64,000 bases of DNA from Pseudomonadota bacterium (GTDB lineage Bacteria > Pseudomonadota > Alphaproteobacteria > Caedimonadales > UBA1908), in NCBI GenBank assembly GCA_020161545.1, contig JAIUNT010000004.1, positions 2,863 through 66,862 of the forward strand, given 5' to 3'. Every line of letters starts with the position of its first letter. Position 1 is the first letter of the stretch. Under the pieces are notes generated by a model. The model did no database searches and was not told the DNA's origin. It worked only from the letters and a program-made list of their open reading frames with translations. This document shows, piece after piece, positions 19,405 through 28,121 of the stretch. Both the position numbers and the translations under genes were made by a program.

Positions 19405-21422
19405 CCACCGTACCCTCAAAAAAAACCGACGCCCCTGAAGAGCAAGGTGAGACCCTTGCAAAAAAAAGAGGAGATCTTAAGCAGGTCCTTAAGAAGCTGA
19501 TGGACCGCGGTAAGGAGCGGGGATACCTTACCTATGACGAACTCAATGACGCCCTTCCCCAGGATCAGATGTCCTCTGAGCAAATCGAGGACGCCATGGC
19601 CGTGATTACGGACATGGGCATTGATATTGTTGACGCGGAAGAAGAGGCAGAAAATCCATCTGAATTAGGCGTGGAGGAGATCGGCGCCGAGAGTGAAGAA
19701 TCCGACAGCGGCAACTTGCGTGACGAAGATGGATCGGGCCGTACCGACGACCCTGTGCGTCTCTACCTGCGCGAAATGGGCCGCGTTGAGCTTTTGTCCC
19801 GTGAAGGTGAAATCAAGATCGCCAAGCGCATCGAGCAAGGGCGCATGGAAATGATCGAAGCCATTTGCGAAAGCCCTTTGACCATTCGTGCCATTATTAA
19901 CTGGCGCGATCAAATCCTTGAAGACCAAATTTTGCTGCGTGACGTTGTGGATTTGGAAGACATGCACGCGGCTGCCAACTTTGACGGTGAAGAAGGAGAC
20001 GAGGACGTTGTGGGGGAGATCTCCCTAGACGTGCCCGCAGCTCCCGCGCCAAAGGAAGAAAAAGAGGAAAAAGCCCCAAAGGACGATAAGGAAGAAAAGG
20101 CAGAAGGCGCGCCGGAAGAGGAAGAAGGCGTCGAGGAAGATGAGGATGACACTGGTCAGTCTTTGGCTGCCCTTGAGGAAAGCTTGAAGCCTCAGATCCT
20201 TGAGACCTTTGAGCTCATCGCCCAGACCTACGCTCAGTTCCATGACCTGCAAGTGGCCCGCCTTAAGGATTCTCATGAGGGACGTGCGCCCACTAAGGAC
20301 GCGGACAAGAAGTTCAAGGCCCTCAAAGAGGCCCTTGTGGAGCTCATGAGCAGTGTGCGCCTTAATAGCTACCGCATCGATATTTTGGTTGAGGATCTTT
20401 ATAACCTGAACCGCAAGCTTGTGGGCTTAGAGGGTAAGCTTTTGCGCCTGGCCCAAGACAGTGGCATCAAGCGCGAAGATTTCCTGAAGTCTTATTTTGG
20501 TCAAGAGCTGAGCCCAGACTGGCTTGAGCATGTGGCCAAAAACACTGCCAAAGGTTGGGTGAACTTCATTGAAAAACACAGCTTGGAGGTTATTACCCTG
20601 CGTGAGCGTATTGCCGAAATTTCCGTGGAGTCAGGACTCAATATTGCGGAGTTCCGCCGTATTGTGACGGCTGTGCAAAAGGGTGACCGTACGTCCGCTA
20701 AAGCTAAGAAAGAGATGATTGAAGCGAACCTGCGCCTTGTGATTTCCATTGCTAAGAAGTACACAAACCGCGGTCTGCAATTCCTTGATCTTATTCAAGA
20801 GGGTAACATCGGGTTGATGAAGGCCGTGGATAAGTTTGAGTACCGTCGTGGTTACAAGTTCTCCACCTATGCCACATGGTGGATTCGCCAGGCCATTACA
20901 CGCTCCATCGCGGATCAGGCGCGCACCATTCGTATTCCTGTGCACATGATTGAGACCATTAACAAGCTTGTGCGCACGTCCCGCCAGATGCTCCATGAGA
21001 TTGGCCGGGAGCCAACACCCGAGGAGCTGTCTAAAAAGCTTCTTATGCCCATTGATAAGGTACGTAAGGTGCTGAAGATCGCCAAGGAGCCTATTAGCCT
21101 TGAGACCCCCATTGGGGACGAGGAGGATGGGTCTTTGGGCGACTTTATCGAGGATAAGAACGCGGTTCAACCCCTTGAGTCAGCCGTAAATGCGAACCTA
21201 CGTGAGACCACAACAAGAGTGCTGGCAAGCCTCACACCCCGTGAGGAGCGCGTTCTGCGTATGCGTTTTGGTATCGGCATGAATACGGACCATACCTTGG
21301 AAGAGGTGGGTCAGCAGTTCTCAGTCACACGTGAGCGTATTCGTCAGATTGAAGCTAAGGCCCTGCGTAAACTCAAGCATCCGAGCCGCTCACGCAAGCT
21401 GCGCAGCTTCTTGGATAACTAA
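19401..21422 (+). CDS. rpoD: RNA polymerase sigma factor RpoD
   Basis: Regions 2-4 are fully recognisable ([52 protein letters not shown]; [27 protein letters not shown]). An acidic non-conserved insert is present. There is a 4-nt overlap with dnaG. Confidence 0.97.
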   Translation: MTTVPSKKTDAPEEQGETLAKKRGDLKQVLKKLMDRGKERGYLTYDELNDALPQDQMSSEQIEDAMAVITDMGIDIVDAEEEAENPSELGVEEIGAESEESDSGNLRDEDGSGRTDDPVRLYLREMGRVELLSREGEIKIAKRIEQGRMEMIEAICESPLTIRAIINWRDQILEDQILLRDVVDLEDMHAAANFDGEEGDEDVVGEISLDVPAAPAPKEEKEEKAPKDDKEEKAEGAPEEEEGVEEDEDDTGQSLAALEESLKPQILETFELIAQTYAQFHDLQVARLKDSHEGRAPTKDADKKFKALKEALVELMSSVRLNSYRIDILVEDLYNLNRKLVGLEGKLLRLAQDSGIKREDFLKSYFGQELSPDWLEHVAKNTAKGWVNFIEKHSLEVITLRERIAEISVESGLNIAEFRRIVTAVQKGDRTSAKAKKEMIEANLRLVISIAKKYTNRGLQFLDLIQEGNIGLMKAVDKFEYRRGYKFSTYATWWIRQAITRSIADQARTIRIPVHMIETINKLVRTSRQMLHEIGREPTPEELSKKLLMPIDKVRKVLKIAKEPISLETPIGDEEDGSLGDFIEDKNAVQPLESAVNANLRETTTRVLASLTPREERVLRMRFGIGMNTDHTLEEVGQQFSVTRERIRQIEAKALRKLKHPSRSRKLRSFLDN

Positions 21423-21444
21423 GCGTACCACGTTCAAAAACAAA

Positions 21445-21476
21445 AAAGCCCTGGGTTTGTCCCGGGGCTTTGTTGG
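21445..21476 (+). terminator. rho-independent terminator of rpoD
   Basis: Hairpin aaagccctggg-tttgt-cccggggcttt followed by tgttgg. Confidence 0.6.
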
Positions 21477-21477
21477 C

Positions 21478-21844
21478 ATAGGCCCCGAACGAGACACCGC
21501 TGCGGCTAAGGCCTTAAAAATGGCAGCAATATGGCTGCCCTTGAAGTCTTCACTAAAGACCTTCCTCAGGAAGAAAAGGTTGAGATCAGACACAACAAGT
21601 ACAGGAACAACCTCATGGAACAGGACCATAGGTTCATCAAGAAACCCACGCGGCCTATGTTGGGATTCAAGAATTTCTTTTCAGCTAAAGCCATGCTTTC
21701 TGACATCGAGAACATTCGCATGATTCAAAAAGGACAGATTCTGGGACAAAAGCGTCTCAATCTGCTTTCAACAATTTTGGGGCTCTAATGGCGTAGTGTA
21801 TCCGACGCACAGTCATAGCTTCCACTCACACATGCGACAAAACC
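21478..21844 (+). mobile_element. truncated IS6-family element (3' third of the transposase plus terminal inverted repeat)
   Basis: ORF 21531..21788 reads ...VEIRHNKYRNNLMEQDHRFIKKPTRPMLGFKNFFSAKAMLSDIENIRMIQKGQ. This is collinear with the IS26 Tnp26 C-terminus (VEHRQIKYRNNVIECDHGKLKR...LGFKSMKTAYATIKGIEVMRALRKGQ). The sequence acatgcgacaaaacc, ending at 21844, is the reverse complement of an IS6-type IR (GGTTTTGTCGCATGT; compare GGTTCTGTTGCAAAGT of IS257). The N-terminal two-thirds and the left IR are missing. Confidence 0.7.
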
Positions 21845-21969
21845 AAGCTCATAGCGCCATGTGTTTCTTTTGGAGGAGCTCTACTCTAAGCGCGCGAACG
21901 AGTGGGAAGAGTCTGGTATCGCAGTTTGCCTACAGATACCAGACCTGCTTGTGAGATGGGTTTTATAAC

Positions 21970-22257
21970 CTACTTTTTATTTTTCTTTGCGTCGGCGATC
22001 AATACATCCCATTGTCCCATGCCTGAACCGTACTTCATAAACTTTTGGCCCAAGTCGTTGATGTTTGCAAATCCCTTGTGTGACCACTCATTTTTGAGAG
22101 CCTCCAGCTTTTCCACATCTCCATTGTCAAAGGCCTCGTAAAACTGACTTCGAAACTCAAACCAAGGGTCTGGTTGTTCTGAATGGGTTGCGTCCGTACT
22201 TGAGAAAACGCACGCAGGAGTGAGTGCACAAAGCATTGCTGTAAGAAGGACTTTCAT
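21970..22257 (-). CDS. small secreted hypothetical protein
   Basis: Signal peptide MKVLLTAMLCALTPACVFS. It lies in a lower-GC patch. No family recognised. Confidence 0.45.
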   Translation of the reverse strand: MKVLLTAMLCALTPACVFSSTDATHSEQPDPWFEFRSQFYEAFDNGDVEKLEALKNEWSHKGFANINDLGQKFMKYGSGMGQWDVLIADAKKNKK

Positions 22258-22870
22258 TATTTTACCTTTCCGTGGTTGGATAATTGCAGGCTATGAAATT
22301 ACATCTCTAAATGGTTAAAAAAAATTAAAAAAGACGAATTTTTGAACCACTGGCGCAAAAATCAGGGTCTATTCCAACAAAGGTACCAAAATCACTACAA
22401 GGAATTCTCTTCTCTTAAACTCGGTCGGCATGCGCATTTCTAAGCTGTTTGATGCGATCTGCCGGGAAGTATCGGTAGAATGCAGTGCAACCAATTTTGG
22501 GCTGAACAATGACATCTCCGACAAAAGGATAGTTTTCAGTATCCTTGAGCATGGCCTCAGCATTTGTTATATATTTTGTTCACTCATGTCTTTGGCTCTA
22601 CCTCCTCTGCGGCCCCGTTTATTGGCGGCGGCAACCGTTGTATCGATATTCTGAGTAAGAACCTTCAATGCATTTTTTCTTTCATTGATATGACCAACAA
22701 TTTTAATCGTCTGGGCCAGGAATCGGTGTACGTAAAATGGCACGCATTTCTTCACGTATCACAAAAAGCGAATGGGAACACCCAGTCAACTGGCGTTTCT
22801 CGCTCGATAAAAGTCGCGCTGCCAATGATGCCGTTGTCGAAGCCATGGATCGAATGGAACTACCGAACCT

Positions 22871-22973
22871 CTATAGCTAAAGCACTTTAATTTCGGGACA
22901 GGATGTGAGGCAAGCGACGTGTATAGGTATACACGAGCGACGCATCCCGAAATTATAAGGGGTTGGCTATATG
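22871..22973. repeat. MITE-like palindromic repeat, copy C (inverted relative to A/B)
   Basis: The reverse complement reads atatagccaaccccttataatttcggga...tcccgaaattaaagtgctttagctatag. It has the same termini as copies A/B (tatagccaacccctt... / ...aa[at]gcttt..agc.ata). Nested inverted repeats are tttcggga/tcccgaaa and cgtgtata/tatacacg. Confidence 0.55.
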
Positions 22974-23140
22974 GTCGGAATAATGACGTGCTTCACACAA
23001 TGAGTGACGGTCAGAAATGTGAGGTGTGCGGCGAAAGCCTGCACAAAAGCAGCTCCTTCAAATATTTTGGGCAGGGACAGGGCGGCTCTTCCGATACCTA
23101 TGTTGGGACGGACCCCTTTTTGTATGAAACAAACACTCAC

Positions 23141-24514
23141 TCAGTCATCTGTTCTCAGGCGTCCCGATTGCTTGAGCTCATTCTCCGCCATATTACGGAT
23201 GTCGCTGGCGCGCAGGCGAGCTTCTTTAGATTTGAGGGACTTAAGCGCGCGCCCCGCCTGATCATAGGCGGCTTGGTACTGCTCCACGCACACGGCTTCT
23301 TCAGCTAAGCACAGGGCTGCCATGGCGGTGTTGTGCTGCTTTCCGTAAGCCACCGCCAAAAAGCGCCAAGCAGAGGGGTTTTCGGGCTCCAGGATCAAGG
23401 ATTTCTCCAGGTGCTTCTGGGCGGCTGGGTAATGGTGAGAAGCGCCTTCTAACATGGCCTGGGCGCACAGCATGCGCAAGATCGCGTCTTTGGGACGCAG
23501 GGATACGGCCTGCCCGTAGGCATGGACGGCTTGCTCAATTTGGCCGCTTTCAAAGGCGATTTGTCCCTCCAGGTCCCAGTATGTCGCGTCACGGGGATGG
23601 GCACTTGTGAGGGTCTGGGCAAGGCCCAGTGCCTCTTTCCCGCGTCCGAGTAAAAAGAGGGCGGTTGCACGCATGAAACGCCCTTTGTCTGAATCGTCAC
23701 GGGCGTAGGTGCGCAGGGTTGTTTCGGGTGGATCAATAAAGGCATGAAGCTTCATGCGCATGCGCTCAAAATTCTCATCAAAACTGGGAGGAAGGGCGCC
23801 GTCTGGATGTTCGATGGTTGCCCGCTCAAGAAGGGCCACACGGTCCTGGGACAAGGGGTGCGAGCGGCTGTAGGGGTCTTGCTGGGCACTTGAGAGAAGT
23901 TCTTGACTGGCCAGCACCTTCATGAAGGATTGGAGCCCTTCCACGGGCCAATGGAGACGGTTCAAAAACCGAACTGCCGCCTGGTCCGCAGACGCCTCTT
24001 GGCCCCGGGAGTAGTGCATCATGGCGTTTTCAGCCATTTGCATGCCGCCCGTCAGGATTCCGGCGCCCGCATCCCCACCGCCTGCCGCAATGGCTGCCCC
24101 GCCCAAAAGGGCGGTTGCCATGGCAATGGCCGTGGCCTTTTTCATCATTTCCTCACGCCGGGCGATGTGTCCTGCGGCTATGTGACCCGTTTCGTGGGCC
24201 AAAACACCAATGAGTTCACGCGCATTTTTAGCGCGCAAGATGAGGCCAGTGTTCACAAAAATGCTGTAACGGGTGGTGGCAAAGGCATTGAGTTCAGGGT
24301 CTAGGATGACGTAGAGATGCATTTTTTCCGGATCAAGGCCAGCTGCCTCAAAAATTGGGGCGGCAAAATCGTGGAGGGCGCCCTCCACCTGGCTGTCACG
24401 GATGAGAGATCCGGTTTTGAGGCCTCTGGCATGTGTTGGGGCGGCCCCCCATAGGAGCACCGCCGCCAAAAAGGCACTTGTGTAACGCGCTAGTCGAGCA
24501 ACCTTTTCCACCAT
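23141..24514 (-). CDS. M48-family zinc metalloprotease with TPR domain (BepA-like)
   Basis: Signal peptide, HETGH zinc motif (LAHETGHIAAGH), and a C-terminal TPR-like region. Confidence 0.85.
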   Translation of the reverse strand: MVEKVARLARYTSAFLAAVLLWGAAPTHARGLKTGSLIRDSQVEGALHDFAAPIFEAAGLDPEKMHLYVILDPELNAFATTRYSIFVNTGLILRAKNARELIGVLAHETGHIAAGHIARREEMMKKATAIAMATALLGGAAIAAGGGDAGAGILTGGMQMAENAMMHYSRGQEASADQAAVRFLNRLHWPVEGLQSFMKVLASQELLSSAQQDPYSRSHPLSQDRVALLERATIEHPDGALPPSFDENFERMRMKLHAFIDPPETTLRTYARDDSDKGRFMRATALFLLGRGKEALGLAQTLTSAHPRDATYWDLEGQIAFESGQIEQAVHAYGQAVSLRPKDAILRMLCAQAMLEGASHHYPAAQKHLEKSLILEPENPSAWRFLAVAYGKQHNTAMAALCLAEEAVCVEQYQAAYDQAGRALKSLKSKEARLRASDIRNMAENELKQSGRLRTDD

Positions 24515-26712
24515 GTTTTTTCCTTGTCTTGTTCTTCTCGTGCCTGGGCGTCTTCATGGAAGACAGGAGAGTTGGGGTCAAAGGAGGCCGCAATGGTTGT
24601 GCTTGGGAAGGCGGGCCCTGAATCTTGGGAGGCCAAAACCGAGGACTGGGTTGTCTCTTGCCCTTCAGACGCCGCTCCACCCTGGTCAGGTGTGTCTTGG
24701 CGGCTCTTATCCCTATTGCGACGGTTGGCGCGCCTGCGCATACGGCGCTTGCGGGACTCGGAAGGCGATTGAGAGGCGTCTGTCCCGTCCTGTGTCACCT
24801 GAGAGGTGTCAGCGCTTTCTGTCTCAGCTTTCTTCGGTGCAGGCTCAGGGCGTGGAGCATCTTCACGGGGCATGTCTTGGCGCTCGCGGGGTTCTCTGTC
24901 ACCTGGGCCCTTACTGCGATCACGCCTACGTTTGTTACCGCGCTCCGGGCGGGGCTCCTTAGGCTCACGGGGTTGAGGCTTTGCTTCCTTGGGCTCCTCA
25001 CGTTCCTCACGCTTTTGAGGTGCGGGCTCTTCCTTTGGCGCAACCTCAAGGGCGCCAGTGGGGGAGGGCACCAATACCGAGACAGAGCATGCATGGGACT
25101 GGGGTCCTGCTTCTTCAAAGACAACGCGAATGCCATGGCGTGTCTCCACATCCAAAAGGGCATGGCGCTTTTGGTTCATGACATAAAGAAGCACCTCGTG
25201 GGGGAGCTTCAATGCCAGGGTGGCGCCTGGATTGCGCAGACCCGCGTCCTCCAAAATGCGCAGGGCGCTCAGTGCCAGAGACTCCGTTGAGCGAATGTAG
25301 CCCGTTGCCTGACAGTGTGGGCAAGGGTGAGCGCTTGTCTCCAAAAGGCTTGGTGCTAAGCGTTGTCTGGACATCTCCATCAGACCAAAGGGGCTGATGC
25401 GTCCCATTTGAATGCGCGCCCGGTCATCACGGAACGCTTCGCGCAGGCGCCTTTCCACGGCCGCAACGTTGCGTGGTTCGTCCATATCGATGAAGTCGAT
25501 GACGATGAGGCCCGCCAAATCACGCAGGCGTACCTGTCTTGCAATTTCCGTGGCAGCCTCAAGGTTGGTCTTGGTGGCCGTTTCCTCAATGTGGCGCTCG
25601 CGCGTGGCGCGCCCAGAGTTAATGTCAATGGATACAAGAGCTTCCGTTGGGTGAAGCACAATGGATCCACCCGATGGAAGGCGCACCTCCGCCTCATACA
25701 TATCGTCAATTTGCTTTTCCACCCCGTATTCATGGAAGAGGAGGGCACGGTCACTTTTATAGCGCTGAACACGCTTGCTGTGGCTGGGCATCAAAGACTT
25801 CATGAAGTCCTTGGCGGTTTTATAGCCCTCTTCACCGCTGACAAGCACTTGCTCAACGTCCTTGGAGTAAAGGTCCCGCACGGCACGCTTGACGATGTCG
25901 TCTTCGCTGTGGACCAGGCTTGGGGCAATGGAGGTAATGGTCTTCTCGCGAATGCTGTCCCACAGGCGCATGAGATATTGACCGTCACGCTTGAGCTCGG
26001 CGCGTGTGCGCTCACGCCCTGCGGTGCGGATAATGAGCCCCATGCCATCGGGCACATTAAAAGCTTCAAGGATCTGGCGCAGCCGCTTGCGATCAGCTGG
26101 ATTCGAAATCTTGCGTGAAATCCCACCGCTGCGGGGAGAGTTGGGCATGAGCACACAGTAACGACCAGCCAAAGACAAATAAGTCGTGAGCGCCGCACCC
26201 TTGTTGCCACGCTCTTCCTTCACCACCTGCACAAGGATGATTTGGTTTTTCTGGACCACTTCCTGGATTTTATAGCGGCGGTGCAAAGAGGGGCGTTTGA
26301 CGGTATCTTCTTCCTCATCGTCAGATGGGGGCAGATCTCCGCCAAGGGATGACACACCTTCGTCATCGGAAGGCGCTGTGTGTGCGGCCTTGTCCTCATC
26401 GTCCTCGTCAAGGACATCGGACGGGGCGGCAAGCTCAGCTTTTAAAGCTTCGCGGTCCGCAACGGGAATACGAAAGTAATCGGGATGGATTTCACCAAAG
26501 GCCAAAAAGCCGTGGCGCCCCCCGCCATAATCCACGAATGCCGCCTGGAGGGACGGCTCAACGCGCATGATTTTCGCGAGGTAAATATTACCCTTAACGG
26601 TTTCCTTTGTGGAGCTCTTGAATTCATAATCAACAAGCAGCCCCTTCTCATCAAGCAACGCAACCCGTGTTTCTTCGGGATGCACCGCATCGATTAACAT
26701 TTTCTTTGACAT
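24490..26712 (-). CDS. rne: ribonuclease E
   Basis: N-terminal MLIDAVHPEETRVALL..., an S1 domain with an acidic insert, and the catalytic core (SIVLHPTEALVSIDINSGRAT; GLIVIDFIDM). The C-terminal half is an Arg/Pro/Glu-rich low-complexity scaffold. Confidence 0.95.
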   Translation of the reverse strand: MSKKMLIDAVHPEETRVALLDEKGLLVDYEFKSSTKETVKGNIYLAKIMRVEPSLQAAFVDYGGGRHGFLAFGEIHPDYFRIPVADREALKAELAAPSDVLDEDDEDKAAHTAPSDDEGVSSLGGDLPPSDDEEEDTVKRPSLHRRYKIQEVVQKNQIILVQVVKEERGNKGAALTTYLSLAGRYCVLMPNSPRSGGISRKISNPADRKRLRQILEAFNVPDGMGLIIRTAGRERTRAELKRDGQYLMRLWDSIREKTITSIAPSLVHSEDDIVKRAVRDLYSKDVEQVLVSGEEGYKTAKDFMKSLMPSHSKRVQRYKSDRALLFHEYGVEKQIDDMYEAEVRLPSGGSIVLHPTEALVSIDINSGRATRERHIEETATKTNLEAATEIARQVRLRDLAGLIVIDFIDMDEPRNVAAVERRLREAFRDDRARIQMGRISPFGLMEMSRQRLAPSLLETSAHPCPHCQATGYIRSTESLALSALRILEDAGLRNPGATLALKLPHEVLLYVMNQKRHALLDVETRHGIRVVFEEAGPQSHACSVSVLVPSPTGALEVAPKEEPAPQKREEREEPKEAKPQPREPKEPRPERGNKRRRDRSKGPGDREPRERQDMPREDAPRPEPAPKKAETESADTSQVTQDGTDASQSPSESRKRRMRRRANRRNRDKSRQDTPDQGGAASEGQETTQSSVLASQDSGPAFPSTTIAASFDPNSPVFHEDAQAREEQDKEKTWWKRLLD

Positions 26713-27074
26713 AACAACTCCTCATGCCCGTGACAGGCATACTTAAATCAAGGAGTTATGAGAGGCCTTTCTTTTTCTCTGTTTGCCGCGCAGGAGGCGC
26801 AACATCACCCATGCAGGCGCGCAATGAAGCACGCGCTCGGCGTGAAAGCCAAGTCCAGGGTGAATCGCACCATGTTACGTCCAGTTTAAAAGACATCACA
26901 ACTCTTACCAAAACACGCACACGAAGGGCTAAAAAACGCCTAAGTGCTTGTGGTTAAACTTCTACTTCTCCAGGGTACACAGATATGGCGCGAGAGACAA
27001 TCCCTTTTAATAATTTCTTAAGACACTGGAAAGGAATTGACGGGTTCTTTTTTGTGAATTAGTATGCGCGCCCT
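26713..27074 (-). promoter_or_regulatory. long untranslated leader/promoter region of rne
   Basis: A 362-nt non-coding gap lies upstream of rne. Long structured rne leaders that mediate autoregulation are established in E. coli. Structure here was not verified. Confidence 0.3.
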
Positions 27075-28121
27075 TTAAGCGGTATCGCTGTTGAAAATGT
27101 GAAGACTGACCTGGTCATCATCATGGGTAAAGGGGTGCACCTTGAGCCATGAGGTCCACCCAAGGGTTGTCTTGGCCCCTATTTTTGTTTTTTCCACGTC
27201 GCTGGCGCGCATAACAAGGCGTATATCAAAGCTATGTTCGGTCCCAAGATAAAAGCGGATCAGCTCGCACAGTGCCGTGAAGGCTCTTCCGCCGTCGGGC
27301 AGAAACGCCCGAAAACGTTTGTCATCAAGAGGGCCCAGTTGCACACTGATGCGACTACGTGTGTCCCAGAACTTATCCCCGATGGAGGCGTCCTCTCCTA
27401 GGGTTTGAAAACGCCCCGCGCGCCCAATGCAGGTTTGCTCTTCCGGGGGGATATTAAGCCACTGTCCACAAAAGGGCGTGACACTCACGGGGACATTGAA
27501 ATAGTGGGAGAGAAAAATCTCAAGACCAGATGTTGAGCGGGGCGATTTCCACAGAAGGCCCGCGTAGTATAAAAGACCGCGATCGGGCACGCTCATGCGA
27601 TTTCTAAAAGCGTCCCCGCCGATACCTAAAAATGAAAAAAGAATCTGGGCAAAGGCCGTTTTATCAGGGGGCTGCGTTGCTAGACCTACCCAGTATTTTT
27701 TACGGATACGGTGGAAAATAGACAAAAGGCGATGGTTGAAGATGTCGAGGAAATCACGAAAGGCTGTGTCGCCAGAGCGTACGCGCTCCATGAGAAGCTC
27801 AGAAAAAGGCATGGGTAGGGGGCCGTTCGGGCCCGCAAGTCCTAAAAAGTTGATACTCATTTGACAGGGGTATTGGCGGTCCTTACTTAAGGGCGGTGTG
27901 AGGGAGAAAAGGTCGCTGGGAGGATAGGAGTGCGACACGCGCGCGCTAATGGACAAGGCCTCATTCTCGGGAACAGCATCTCGCCCAAGCTCAGTCGCCT
28001 TCGGAAAGGCAAGCTCAACCAGCTTCACCGCCTGGTGAAATTCAAAATAATAACTGGTCGCAAACAGCTCCTCAATTACACAAGGACGCGGTTTCCGGCT
28101 GTGGGCTTCCATGTTTTCCAC
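27075..28121 (-). CDS. tssG: type VI secretion system baseplate subunit TssG
   Basis: 348 aa. Contains YYFEFHQAVKLVE (canonical F.FFQAVRLLE), INFLGLAGPNGPLPMPFSELL, and FLDIFNHRLLSIFHRI, the hallmark TssG (ImpH/VasB) blocks. It overlaps tssF by 46 nt. An ATG at 28112 is an alternative start. Confidence 0.85.
   Translation of the reverse strand: MENMEAHSRKPRPCVIEELFATSYYFEFHQAVKLVELAFPKATELGRDAVPENEALSISARVSHSYPPSDLFSLTPPLSKDRQYPCQMSINFLGLAGPNGPLPMPFSELLMERVRSGDTAFRDFLDIFNHRLLSIFHRIRKKYWVGLATQPPDKTAFAQILFSFLGIGGDAFRNRMSVPDRGLLYYAGLLWKSPRSTSGLEIFLSHYFNVPVSVTPFCGQWLNIPPEEQTCIGRAGRFQTLGEDASIGDKFWDTRSRISVQLGPLDDKRFRAFLPDGGRAFTALCELIRFYLGTEHSFDIRLVMRASDVEKTKIGAKTTLGWTSWLKVHPFTHDDDQVSLHIFNSDTA

Noticed and set aside
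19950-20170. Low-complexity, repetitive Glu/Lys/Asp-rich DNA in rpoD (and similarly 24560..25100 in rne) as a possible repeat array
   Set aside because: Both are in frame inside intact genes. They correspond to the known non-conserved acidic region of sigma-70 and the Arg/Pro/Glu-rich scaffold domain of RNase E.
22369-22900. Possible toxin-antitoxin pair or small genes in the decayed patch, for example a 45-aa frame MLKDTENYPFVGDVIVQPKIGCTAFYRYFPADRIKQLRNAHADRV
   Set aside because: I recognise no TA-family motif. The frames are interrupted by stops and frameshifts, and no RBS is convincing. I treat them as gene remnants.
22919-23308. 129-aa plus-strand ORF
   Set aside because: Its 5' part runs through the palindromic MITE-like repeat, and its 3' part is antisense to the M48 protease gene.
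25363-26118. Long antisense ORFs inside well-supported genes. This one (251 aa) lies in rne. Others are 8549..9184, 10718..11245, 11828..12499, 14463..15164, 20631..21170, 33211..33747, 43942..44448, 49050..49649 and 58407..59165.
   Set aside because: Each lies fully within, and opposite to, a gene with strong family motifs. Their composition is typical of GC-rich shadow frames (Arg/Gly/Pro/His-rich) and they have no recognisable motifs.
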